This document shows positions 10,193-21,200 of a stretch of DNA of 64,000 nt, in pieces. Position 1 is the first letter of the stretch; every line of letters starts with the position of its first letter. The DNA lies in the NCBI GenBank assembly GCA_963666835.2, contig CAXXGO010000001.1, positions 32,001-96,000 on the forward strand, in the 5' to 3' direction. Under the pieces are notes generated by a model. The model saw only the letters and a program-made list of their open reading frames with translations. It was not told the origin of the DNA and made no database searches. This stretch comes from Phycisphaerae bacterium (lineage in GTDB: Bacteria > Planctomycetota > Phycisphaerae > UBA1845). Made by a program: the position numbers and the translations under genes.

Positions 10193-11949
10193 TCGTGGCG
10201 CGTCGTGGGGTCATCCTGCCGGCGATTCTGTTTATGCTGCTGTTATTGGGGCTGCTGGGGGCAATGTTCGCGTTCCGGGTGAATGCGGATCACGCGGCCA
10301 CCCGGGCGGTGGCGTTGCGCTTGCAGACCCGCCTGGCGGCGGAGGCCGGGGTCGAACGGGTGAAGCTGCTCCTTCGTGACATGCGTTTTGATTCGACGCA
10401 ATGGTACAACAACCCGGACGAACTGCACCGGATTATCGTCTGGGCGCACGATGTCGATGCCACAATCCTGGGTACGAACGAGGAACTGGACGAAGGCGAG
10501 ATGGCCTTTCGGTTCAGCATCGTGGCGGATGACCCCAGCGACGATGAGAAGTACATCCGGTTCGGTATCACCGACGAGGCCGCGAAGCTCAACCTCAACG
10601 AGGCGACCGAATCGCAATTACTGAAGTTGGTAACGCGCGCGGTCGGCGATGACGAGGAGATCATTCCGAGTGAGATCGTCGCGGCCATCATTGACTGGCG
10701 CGATGAGGACTCCGTTGCTCTAAGTGAAGCGGGTGATACGGAGGGCGACTATTACGAGCAGTTGGTGCCGGCATACCTGGTCAAGAACGCCCCGTTTGAA
10801 ACGGTGGAGGAACTGCTCCTGGTCAAAGGGGTAACCGGTCAGATCCTCTTTGGTGAGGACTATGACCGCAACGGGCTACTCACTGACAACGAAGACGACG
10901 GCGACGACTCGTTCCCGCCGGACAACGAAGACGGGGAGCTTAATCAGGGTCTGTATCCGTATCTGACGGTTCACTCCTATGAGAGCAACGTCAGCAACAC
11001 GGGTCGTTCGCGGATCTACCTGTTCGGCGAGGAGAACACCTTGCGCGAGCAGTTGACGCCGGTGTTTGAGGATGAACCCGATGTTGTAGATTACATCGTT
11101 CAGGTCACGCGCGGGCAAAGTGGCAAGAAGGAAGCCGGCGAAGGTGAGGGCGGCGAGGAGGGCGGCAAGTCCGGCAGTACTGGTAGTGAGGGCGAAGCCG
11201 ACGGATCGCTGGAGGAGGCGGGCGAGGGCAGTACTGGCAAGGAGGGTTCGCTCGAAACGTCCAAGTCCGGACCGCGGCAGCAGTACAGGGAATCGGGTTC
11301 GGAGGAAGAGGAGAAGGACGAGGAAGACGCGGCAGAAGAGGAAGCCGAGGATGACTCGGGCGAAGAGGAAGAGGGCGAAACAAATCCCGAAGACGGGGGA
11401 GAAACGGATGATGTTCAAGGCGGGTCGGGACCGATCCGAACTCCAGCGGCATTGCTTCTGGCACGCTCGATAAGCGGCGAGGCTCGTTCCAGTCCCGTAG
11501 GACCGGAGCATCTGGCTCGGCTGATGGACCAGACGACAACGGTGTCGCCGGAAAAGAACGAGATTGCGGGTCTCATTAACGTTAACACTGCACCCGCGCC
11601 GGTTCTGAAGTGTATTGAGGAACTGTCGGGAGCGCAGATTCAGGCAATCCTCGAAGCGCGGGGGAGCCTGGAAGCCGAGGAGAAGGCGACGACCGCATGG
11701 TTGGTTACCGAAGACGTCGTTGATCTGGAGACATACGTGGCGATTGCCCCGCAGATTACGGCTCGCGGCCAGCAGTTCACGATTGAATCGCTTGGTTATG
11801 CGGACCATGTGGGGATGGTGTCGAGGCTGCAGGTGATTGTGGATATGGTCGGACCGATCGCACAGACGGTGTACTGCCGCGACGTGACGAACATCGGCGG
11901 CCATTTCCCAATACGCCAGGAAGATGAAGAGAATATCCGTGTCCGTTAA
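10189..11949 (+). CDS. gspK: Minor pseudopilin GspK-like, with an acidic low-complexity insertion
   Basis: RRG|VIL start, AAEAGV, ITDEAAKLNLN, AIIDWRDED, KNAPFETVEELLLVKGV, INVNTA motifs. Confidence 0.85.
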   Translation: MIVARRGVILPAILFMLLLLGLLGAMFAFRVNADHAATRAVALRLQTRLAAEAGVERVKLLLRDMRFDSTQWYNNPDELHRIIVWAHDVDATILGTNEELDEGEMAFRFSIVADDPSDDEKYIRFGITDEAAKLNLNEATESQLLKLVTRAVGDDEEIIPSEIVAAIIDWRDEDSVALSEAGDTEGDYYEQLVPAYLVKNAPFETVEELLLVKGVTGQILFGEDYDRNGLLTDNEDDGDDSFPPDNEDGELNQGLYPYLTVHSYESNVSNTGRSRIYLFGEENTLREQLTPVFEDEPDVVDYIVQVTRGQSGKKEAGEGEGGEEGGKSGSTGSEGEADGSLEEAGEGSTGKEGSLETSKSGPRQQYRESGSEEEEKDEEDAAEEEAEDDSGEEEEGETNPEDGGETDDVQGGSGPIRTPAALLLARSISGEARSSPVGPEHLARLMDQTTTVSPEKNEIAGLINVNTAPAPVLKCIEELSGAQIQAILEARGSLEAEEKATTAWLVTEDVVDLETYVAIAPQITARGQQFTIESLGYADHVGMVSRLQVIVDMVGPIAQTVYCRDVTNIGGHFPIRQEDEENIRVR

Positions 11950-13543
11950 TGCTCGCTCAAAGAAGATCCTGGCTATTGACTGGGATGTGCGTACGTTGCG
12001 GATCGTCCATGCGCAGCTCGGCAAACGCGGGGCGACCGTGGAACAGGTGTTGGCGGTCCCGCTGGGCAAGGATGTCGACCCCGGCGATCCGGAACAGATG
12101 GGCCGGCACATCCGCCGGGCGCTGGATCAGGAAGGTATCCGCACGCGTCATGCGATGGTCGATGTTCCCCGCGATCAGGCGATTCTCAACACGTTGAACC
12201 TCCCGGTAGCCGTTCCCGAGGGACTCCCCGGAATGGTGGAGATCCAGGTCGCCAAGGAGCTGCCCTTTCCGATCAGCGACGCGGTGATCGATTATGCGGT
12301 CGGAGAGCCGGTTGATGGTTCGCCGACGGCCGAGGTGCTGGTAGCGGCGATTCGCCGCGAGGTTTTGGCCCAGTACGAGGCGACGCTGGTAACGGCCGGT
12401 CTGAGGCCGCTACGGATCGGGTTCCGGCCCTTTGCGGACAAGATCGCGGTTTGCGCGCTGCTAAAGCACGCGATGCCGGAGCGGGTTCTGTTCATCGATG
12501 TTCGGCCGACCCTTTCCGAGATCGATTTCCTGCGGCATGGAGCGTTGGAGTTCTCCCGTGCCGCCCCCGTAGTCATCCCCGAGAACCTTGATGACGGATC
12601 GCGTCTTTCGCTGGTGCGGCCGGCGAGTTCGGGGGAGGTCGGCGACGACGAATCTCCGGCGATTGACGAGCCTCGTGTGTCCGGCGGGGCGCTCGCCGAG
12701 GTGATTCGATCTCTGGTTATCGAGGTCCGCCGGTCGATCGAGGCTTATCGGGCCAGCGATCCCGGGGCGAGAATCGATCATGCGGTGATCGGCGGCGATC
12801 TCGGCATTGAAGAGCCTTTGGCCGAGGCAATCCAGCGCGAGCTGCAGATGACGGCCGAGGTGTTCAACCCGGCCTCGACGTTCGGGTGGGAACCTGACCA
12901 GGGTGCGGCGGCTTCGGCGTATGCGGCCACGTTGGGCATGGTGTTGGCCCAGGCGGATCCGGCTACGCTCCACTTCGATTTCCTTCACCCCAAGAAAGTG
13001 GAATCGGCGGCGAAGAAGCGACTCAAGAAGGCGCCGGTGTTGGCGGCGGCCGTGCTGTTGCTGGCCGCGGCGGGTCCGGTCTTTCTTTATGGGATAACCA
13101 AGGATGATCGCGAGGCGCTGGCGAGCATTGAGAAGCGAATCGCCGAGTTGAAGAGCAATTCCGGAAGTAACAAGAAGTTCCTCAAGTTGGTGGACGACCT
13201 TCGGGACTTCAACGAGCAGTATATCTGGGTGGATGTTCTGGCGGATGCCCTGAGCGTGTTGCCGTCGAATGAAGAGCTGGTCATCAACCACGCGTCGTTC
13301 AACCAGGAGGAGGGCCGCCTGGTCCTCAAGACGCAGACGAAGCGGCGCGAGATTGCCAGCGAGGTGATACGGATGCTGGAGGAGGAGTTTCGCAGACCCG
13401 GCAGTACGCTACCGCGGTTCAAGGTGACCATGCGGTCGCAATCGGAGAAGGACGGAGAGAAGTATCCGTATTCGCAGGATCTGCAGATTATGATTCTGGC
13501 GGACGGTTTGGTGCAAGAGGGGTTGGCCAGTCGTTCGCGGTAG
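11924..13543 (+). CDS. PilM-like actin-fold domain + TM + PilN-like periplasmic domain (GspL-type assembly protein)
   Basis: ILAIDWD..TLRIV, ELPFP...AVIDY, VLVAA, EVRRSIEAY, IGG motifs; single TM near residue 375; start uncertain. Confidence 0.8.
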   Translation: MKRISVSVNARSKKILAIDWDVRTLRIVHAQLGKRGATVEQVLAVPLGKDVDPGDPEQMGRHIRRALDQEGIRTRHAMVDVPRDQAILNTLNLPVAVPEGLPGMVEIQVAKELPFPISDAVIDYAVGEPVDGSPTAEVLVAAIRREVLAQYEATLVTAGLRPLRIGFRPFADKIAVCALLKHAMPERVLFIDVRPTLSEIDFLRHGALEFSRAAPVVIPENLDDGSRLSLVRPASSGEVGDDESPAIDEPRVSGGALAEVIRSLVIEVRRSIEAYRASDPGARIDHAVIGGDLGIEEPLAEAIQRELQMTAEVFNPASTFGWEPDQGAAASAYAATLGMVLAQADPATLHFDFLHPKKVESAAKKRLKKAPVLAAAVLLLAAAGPVFLYGITKDDREALASIEKRIAELKSNSGSNKKFLKLVDDLRDFNEQYIWVDVLADALSVLPSNEELVINHASFNQEEGRLVLKTQTKRREIASEVIRMLEEEFRRPGSTLPRFKVTMRSQSEKDGEKYPYSQDLQIMILADGLVQEGLASRSR

Positions 13544-13578
13544 GGTCGGACGCGAGGCGATCGAGTTTGAGGTGATCG

Positions 13579-15129
13579 ATGGATCGGCGTACTAAGATTC
13601 TAGGCGGCGTGTTTCTCGCGATCGTCTGCTACGCGTTGATTGCCAACGTGGCCTATCCGAGCTGGATCAAACCACTCCTCGAGACCGGTGAGCGCGTCGC
13701 CGAGCAGCAGGAAGAACTCGACAAACTGGAGGCCGGGGAAGCTGAAGTCCAGATGGCGAAGCTGGAATACGGCGAGTTACTCGATCGGATGAGTTCGTTT
13801 GACGCGGCCAAAGCGGAGAACGACCTGCGCGAGCGGCTGAACCAGTTAGTGGGAAAGCACGGACTGGAGGAAGTGACCACATCGGGCGGCGGTCGGGTCA
13901 GCCGGTACAAGAAGACCGACTTCGAGACAATGAACCTCTCGCTCAGTGCCACCGGCACTCTGCGTGGGGTGATCGGGTTCCTGAAGGACCTTTCGGAACT
14001 GCCGCACGTGCTCCGGCTGGGTAATGTGGCGATGTTTCCGTCCCGGTCTTCGCGCAAGGGACGGGCGGGTACACAGATTCAACTGCGGGTGCCGCTCGAA
14101 GTGGCCGTGCTTCCGCAGCAGAGGATTCTCGGGAATCTGCTGAAGGACGAGGATCTCAAACAACCCGAGTCATACGTACGGCACGAAGGGCGCAATTACT
14201 CGGAGATCTGGGAGCGGACTCCCTTTACCGAGTTCGTGCCGCCCGAACCGTTGGTCGCCAACGCCGGGCGGACCATCAATGTGGAGTTGAACACGCCGAC
14301 GTCCATGCAGGGTTCTGCGACCGGGGGGGACGGCAACTACACTTACCTCTGGTCTCCGGAGGAGGGGTTGAGTGATCCGAATACCGCGCGCCCGAAGCTC
14401 GACACGTCTACGACGTGGAAGCGGGACTATACCTTGACGGTCACCGACGGGCTGGAGGAGAAGTCGACCTCGACCGTCACGGTGACGATTCGCGAGAAGG
14501 CTCCGGCGGTCACCGAGACGCGTCCGACGGAACCGCCCAAGCCGGTCGGACCGCAGCGCTGGGCGGAAAACAACCGGATGAAGCTGCTTATGGCGCTGAT
14601 GCATAGGGAGGGTGACGTTCGCCTCGACGAGGTGATGGTCTTCCACCTGAAGTCGAAGGAGACGACTTATCACGAGTTGGGGGCCGAGTTCGACGGCGGC
14701 GAGTTGGTCTTTGTGCATCCGCGCGGCGCGATCAGCCGCCGGAAGGACGACTACTTCATCTACCCGCTGGGCTGCACGCTCAATCAGGACATCCGTATGG
14801 AGGAGGCCGGCGACTATCCTGTGCTCCAGGCTGCCGCCTACAGATTGAGTGGCATAGTCCTGGAGACGACCCCGGAAACCGGGGCGGTTTTGGGGCAACC
14901 TGCTTCGACCCCGTCGGGTGGCGGCCCGGAAGAGGAAGAAACGCCCGTGGTCGAGGAGCAGGGCAGTGCCACAACCGAGACTCCGAGCGCGCCTGGGCCC
15001 AAAGTTGCCCCTGCGGCGGCGCCGGCGTCCCGCGATCCTAACGAAGACCGTACTGAGCGAGTAGCCGACAAGCCCAAAAAGAAGAAGAAGAGCAGCCGCC
15101 GTCGGGGCGGGCGAAAGAAGGGGCGTTAG
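13579..15129 (+). CDS. PilO/GspM-like protein fused to a PKD/Ig-like domain and a further periplasmic domain
   Basis: N-terminal TM and coiled coil, L...GTL..VIGFL..L..LP.VLR ferredoxin-like motif, then ANAG...ATGGDGNYTYLWSP..GLSDP...YTLTVTD Ig-like repeat; Lys/Arg-rich tail. Confidence 0.7.
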   Translation: MDRRTKILGGVFLAIVCYALIANVAYPSWIKPLLETGERVAEQQEELDKLEAGEAEVQMAKLEYGELLDRMSSFDAAKAENDLRERLNQLVGKHGLEEVTTSGGGRVSRYKKTDFETMNLSLSATGTLRGVIGFLKDLSELPHVLRLGNVAMFPSRSSRKGRAGTQIQLRVPLEVAVLPQQRILGNLLKDEDLKQPESYVRHEGRNYSEIWERTPFTEFVPPEPLVANAGRTINVELNTPTSMQGSATGGDGNYTYLWSPEEGLSDPNTARPKLDTSTTWKRDYTLTVTDGLEEKSTSTVTVTIREKAPAVTETRPTEPPKPVGPQRWAENNRMKLLMALMHREGDVRLDEVMVFHLKSKETTYHELGAEFDGGELVFVHPRGAISRRKDDYFIYPLGCTLNQDIRMEEAGDYPVLQAAAYRLSGIVLETTPETGAVLGQPASTPSGGGPEEEETPVVEEQGSATTETPSAPGPKVAPAAAPASRDPNEDRTERVADKPKKKKKSSRRRGGRKKGR

Positions 15130-15255
15130 TCTCGCAGGCAGCGAGGACGAGACTGCCGGCGTCGTATGTTGGCGCCGTTGACAATAGCAGGCGAGGGCCA
15201 TTGAGCCACAGTAAGACCACCCCTGATGTGGGGTGTAGTAAGAGGAGAGGTTGCC

Positions 15256-18200
15256 ATGAACGCACGGCCGAATGACTCAATCCAGCAAACGCTACGTCGT
15301 CTCGGCGTGGGGCTGGCGGTTGTCGTGTTTGGCTTGTCGGCCGCGGTCGGTTATGCGCAGTCTCCGCCGCCGAGCGGAAACGAAAAGACCAACAAGAAGG
15401 CGCCAGGGGCTAAAGAGACTCCGGGCGACAAGACTCCGAGCAGCAAGAGGGCTTCGAGCCCCAGGCGGGCTCCGAAAGCCAAGGAGGACGCCGGCGATAA
15501 GAAACCGTCTCGACGTACGAAGCCTCCGAGTGACAAGAAGACGAGCGATTCCGACGAAAAAGCCGCGGACGGTTCGAAATCCGCCGAGGAAGAAGACTCC
15601 AAGAGTAGCCGACCGGCGCAGCGGACCCACCGTCGTCCCGCCGGTGAGGAGAAAGAAGACACCAAAGAGTCTGATCCGAAAGAGCCGAGCCCGACCGGCC
15701 CGAAGAAGGTCGAGGAGAAGCCGGAGATAGACGCCGACCTGCGGCGACAGGTCGATGCCTTGATAGACTCTCCACCGGAGGATGCCGAGGATTCCGAGAA
15801 GCCTGAACCGCGGAGTCGCGGGTCGAAGCGGGTGAGTCCCTCCGAGGTGGGTCTGGTCAAGCCGGGTATGGGTACGACCACTACAGGCCCTAGACCCGGT
15901 ACGGAAGGGCCGGAACCGAAGGGTCCGACCACGACGCTGGACATTCCGGCACGCGAGGCGAGTGTGCCGGCCGAAGAGCGCACCTACTGGTTCAGCATCA
16001 AGGACGGCAGTTACGAGCAGTTGGTGGAGGGAATCGCCCGTGAGACCGGGTTGGGCGTAATGGGGGAGAGCCCCAAGGACGGGAAGGTCACCTTCGTGAC
16101 CGAAGAGGAGCTTACGTTCGACCAGTTGATCAAGCGCGTTCAGATGGTGCTGTTCAACTACAAGCCGCACGATCCTTACTGGCTCCTGCGCGAAGACACT
16201 CATTTGGAAGTCATTCGGATTACTGACTACTACCGGCGGCTCCCACGGGAGCGGATGTATCCCAGCATTGAAGAGTATCGGGCGGCGAATCTACCCAAGG
16301 ACGAACTGGCCCTGGTGCTCTACACTCCCCAGGCCGGTTCCATCGCGGATCTGACCGTGATTCGCGACTTCATGCCCGACTACGTTCGGGTGACTCCGCT
16401 TGAAGAGCGCAATACGGTCAGCATCTTTGCGTTGTCGCGCGATATTGAAAAGTACATGGACCTGATCCCCATCTTTGTAGGGGACAACGACGATCCGCGG
16501 ACGTTGGAGCTGATTGACGTTGAGCACATCCTCGCCAGCGAGGCGTTGGAGAAGCTGCGCACGTTGATGGACCTGGAGGCGAGCGGCGCGGCGCGGCCCG
16601 CGCCTCGGCCCAAGGCACGCGGGGCGAGCCCTCTTACCGGAGCGGAAGCGCCGGAAGTCAGCGTCGTTCCGGATGATGCCCGCGGGGTGATTATCGTTCG
16701 GGCCATGCCGGACAAGATCCGCGAAATCAAACAGCTGTTGCCATACTTGGATGTGGATACGACGCGAAGCTACGACCCGGTAGTGATTAAGGTCGTACAC
16801 ACAGAGCCGACCGAGCTGGTCGCGACGATTCAGCAGTTGCTAAGCGCGGCGGAGCCGGCTGCCCAGCCGGGGACGCCGACGAGCAAGACGACAACGCGGA
16901 GACGCGACCGGAAGTCGAAGGGTAGCCGACGGGGATCGTCCGGGGCTTCCTCGGTAGTGCTGGACGAGATAACGCTAATGCCGCATCCCAGTGCCCGAGC
17001 GATTATTGTCATGGCTTCGCAGGACGATGTCGTCCGGGTTCGCCATTTTGTGGAGATGTTTGACGTCGAGGACGGCGTCCACAACCACTCCATTGCTCTG
17101 GAGTACATCGACGCCGAAGAGGTGGTTGCGACCATCACCGAGCTGATGGCGGCCGGGACGGCCGGGACGGACACTTTCACGCTGGTGCCGGACCCGAAAG
17201 GGCGGAACATGTGGTTCAGCGGCAGCGAGCACCTTCTGGCCCAGATTGAGGAGATCGTGGCGGCGGTCGACACGGCTGACGACGTCGTGACGCTGCACAT
17301 CCACCATCTGGTCAACCGGACCCCGTCGTTCGTGGTCGGGATCCTCGAGCAGATGGAGAACACCGGAGCGACGGCGACAGGGGGCAAGGCCAATAGGCCG
17401 ACCCGTCGGCGGGGAAGCAGAAAGGCCCCCAAGGCGACGCCGCAAGCGACGCCGGGCAGCAAGTTCACTGCGGACGATGAGCAGGGGCAGCTCTTCGTGC
17501 TTTGTACTGAGCAGGAGTGGGAGGAGTACCTGGTCATAATCGAGCAGCTCGAGAGTGAGACGATCAGCGAGGTGCCGGTGCTGATCACGGTGGAGAACCT
17601 GACTCCGGACGAGGCGATCAACAAGCTGGGGACGCTCTTGAGCGATCAACAGCTTGCCAAAATGCGCTTCGAGACGACCGAAGCCGAGATTATCGTCATG
17701 GGGGCGAGCGAATTGGACTTGGCCTCGATTCGGAGCCTGCTGGCGGAACTGGATCGCCCGCTGGACATCGTGCAACGCACCTTTGAGATCCTCTATGCGG
17801 ATCCTGCGGAGCTGGTCTCGGCGTTGAACACGCTGGTCAGCGATGAAGCAGGCGGCAACTCCGCCGCCAAGCCGGGCCCGCCGCGTAAGGGCGCAAGGGC
17901 GACGCGTCCGGTAGCTTCTCGGGCAAGCTCGTCCGAACTGACGATTGTGGAGCTCGGTAAGTTCCTGATTGTGCGGACTACCCCGGAGAAGATGGAACGC
18001 GTCGCCGAGTTCATTACCGAGTTCGACATTGAGGAAGATAAGCGAACGATCCGGGTGTATGACGACTTCCCGATCGGGACGGATCTCGAAGATCTGACTG
18101 ACACATTAACGTCACTTATGCCGGGCGATGCCCCGGAGACGGCTAAGCCTAAGGGTCGGGCCTCGCGTGCGACGACCACTGGAGCCGGCGGTTTGCGGAT

Positions 18201-21200
18201 CGTGCCGCGCCCGGCGCTGGGCAAGCTTATCGTGATCGCCACGCCGGAGGAGTTTGTGGAAGTCGAGAAACTCCTCGATGTGCTCCGCAGTGAGGATCAG
18301 CTCGGGCCGACCGAGATGGACTTCGTTAACGTCGAGTACGCCGATCCCGCCGAAGTGGTGGAGGCGATAGAGCCGCTGTTGGACCTACGGATCGAGCAGA
18401 TGATCCGCACCGGAGAACTCTCGGCCGCCTATGGCGGCGGCGGGGAGGCGACTCCCAAGATCAGTAGACACCGGGGCAAGAACGTGCCGGCGCCGGCGGC
18501 GGCGGCGAGCGGAGGAGGCGATTATCACCTCGCGGCCGATGAGCGGATGAGCCGGATTGTCGTTTTCGGACCCGGTCCGATCGTAGCGGCCGTGCGGGAT
18601 CTGGTACGTCAATTCGACGTACCGGGCGATACCCCGGACGCCGTGGACATTGCCTTCGTTCCGGTGGAGCACGGCGACCCGGAAGAGCTGGTCGAGATGG
18701 TCGAGCCTTTCCTGAGTATGCGGGTAGACGAGTTGGTTGCGGCGGGGTCACTGAGTGCCGGTACGGTGGAAGATCCTTCCGCGACGACGCCGAAAAGGGG
18801 CGTTAAGGGACCCAAACGCGGCACCACTCCGAGAAGCAAGAGTGGCGACGACAAGCGCTATCACCTGGCTCCGGACGAGCGGAATAACCGAATTGTAGTC
18901 GCCGCGCCGCAGATCGTGATTGAGGAGGCTACCCGGCTCATAGGGGAATTCGATCGCCCCGATGCCGAAACGGACATCACGTTCGTGACCGTAGAACTGC
19001 AGAACGCTGATCCGGACGAAATGGTCAAGGCTATCAAGGAGATGCTCGGCAGCGGCGGGCGAGCCGGGACTCGCCGGGCTAAAGGGGCGAAGGCTGCTGC
19101 GACGGCCGGCTCGACCGATACGGATAAGCTCACCGTCGCGGCTGCTCCGGGCGGAAGCGCGCTGATCCTACGTGGTCCGACGGAGGATGTTGAAACGGCC
19201 ACCGAGTGGATCGAGCACCTGGACAACATGTCGGCCAGCGGGCGGGAGATCAAGACTTATGAGATCCGCCGGGCGGACCTGCGGAGGCTGGTGGATCTGG
19301 TTATGTACGACGTGGACTCCGGCGGGTCCAAGCCTGCCGGAAAGAAACGCGCGGCGCCCAGGGGTAAGTCGCGCGGTGTTGCCGAAGCCCCGGTGGAGGA
19401 CGAGTTTGAGACGACGATCACCCGATCGGGGGCGGATCTCTACATCCAGGCGGATCTGATCGCGCGAACGATGGTGGTTTCCGCTCCGCCGATCAAGCTG
19501 GCCCGGATCGACGAGATCGTCGCCCAGATGGACACTGAAGAAGAGTCGGGCATAACGGGGAAAGAAGTTCCGAAGTTCTTCTACGAGCTCAAGCACGTAG
19601 ATGCTATCGACGCCCTCTTCGATTTGGAGGCGGTTCTGGATGTCATGTGGGAGCCGTCCACCGATCTGCCGAAGGTCGATTACGCCCCCTTTGGCGAGAC
19701 TCTGATCATCAAGTACCCCGACGAGCGGCGTTTCCCGGAGATCGAGGCTCTGATCGTCAAGTACGTCGATAAGGTGCCGCCGGAAGATCTCGTATTGGAC
19801 CGCGAGGCGTTCACACCGCCCACGGGGATGAGTCCGCGTGATACGTACCTGTGGCTGAAGATGAACTACCCGGATTACGAGTTCGAGCTGATCGACATCT
19901 CGACGATCAAAGAAAGTGACTATCCGATCACGGAAGTCCAGCCGGCGACACGGCAGGCGCAGGCTAACCCGTGTGTCCTGCCTTTGGCATTCAAGCAGAT
20001 GGCCGATGCCGCGCTGGCGATTGCTACCGGGCAAACCGAGCCGGACCAGCCCCAGGATGATCCACAGGAGGATCCCCCGAGCGATCGTGAGGAGGCCGAG
20101 GACGAGCCGGCCCCCGAGGATGACGACGGCGGGTATGAAGATTCGGACGACTATGAGGAATCCTACGAGGAACCGGTTGGCGGAGAAGCCGGCGCGCCTG
20201 AAGGTGCCAGGCCGGCCGGCATGACGGAAGCCGAGGAGCGGAGCAGGATTCGAGCGCTCCTCGATGAGAAGGAGAAACGGCGCACCGCGAAGCCGACCGG
20301 CGAGAAGATCAAGGTCTTCATTGACGAGTCCTCGGGTGGGGTCTTTTTAGAAGGCAAGGCGGGGATTCTCAAAGACGCCGACGAGTGGATGGACAAACTC
20401 AAGAAGGAAATAGAGACCCTCCCGACCATGCCCGACATCCGGGTCTTCCAGGTCAAGCACATTGACGTATACGCAGCCCAGGAAGTCCTCAACGAGATGT
20501 TCAACGCGACGCAATCGCAGCGGCAGGCGGTTACCGCAGCGCAACGCCGCGCCCAGCAGCAACAGCAGGCGGCCCAACGGCGGGCGCAACAGCAGAGAAC
20601 GGCGAAAGGACAGGAAGAGGAGCAGGATAAGGACGGACGGCAATCCCGGCGCGGACAGCAGACCCAGCAACAACAGGTCCCACAGCTCCCGGCCGAGTCG
20701 GTGCGCATCTTCCCGAACCCGCGCGATCGGACCCTGATCGTCCGAGCGGAGTCGACCCAGTTTGCGGTGATCAAGAAGCTGCTGGCCACGATCGATCGAC
20801 CGCAACCGATCGAGAGCATCCACCGGGTGTTCCAGTTAAAGAAGCTTAACGCCACCGAAGTCGAGGAACTGTTGCGAGACTGGCTCGGGCTTGATGAGCA
20901 GCAGACATCGCAGCGGCGGACTTCATCGAGCTCAAACCGGGCGAGAAACGCACGTAGCGGTGCTGCTCAAACACGGCAGACCCGAAGCACGGGCGCCGCC
21001 GGGCGGCTGCCCAAGACTTTGATGCAACACTCGCCGACGGCCGGGGAGCTCGGCGTCGACCCGCGCGACATCAAGATCAGCAGCAATCCGGAAACGAACA
21101 CCGTTTTGGCAATGGCTCCGAAGGTGGCGATCGAGTACATCGCCGACCTGATCGAGGATCTGGAGAGCCAAGAGATCGAGGAGCGTATTTGGAAGACTTA

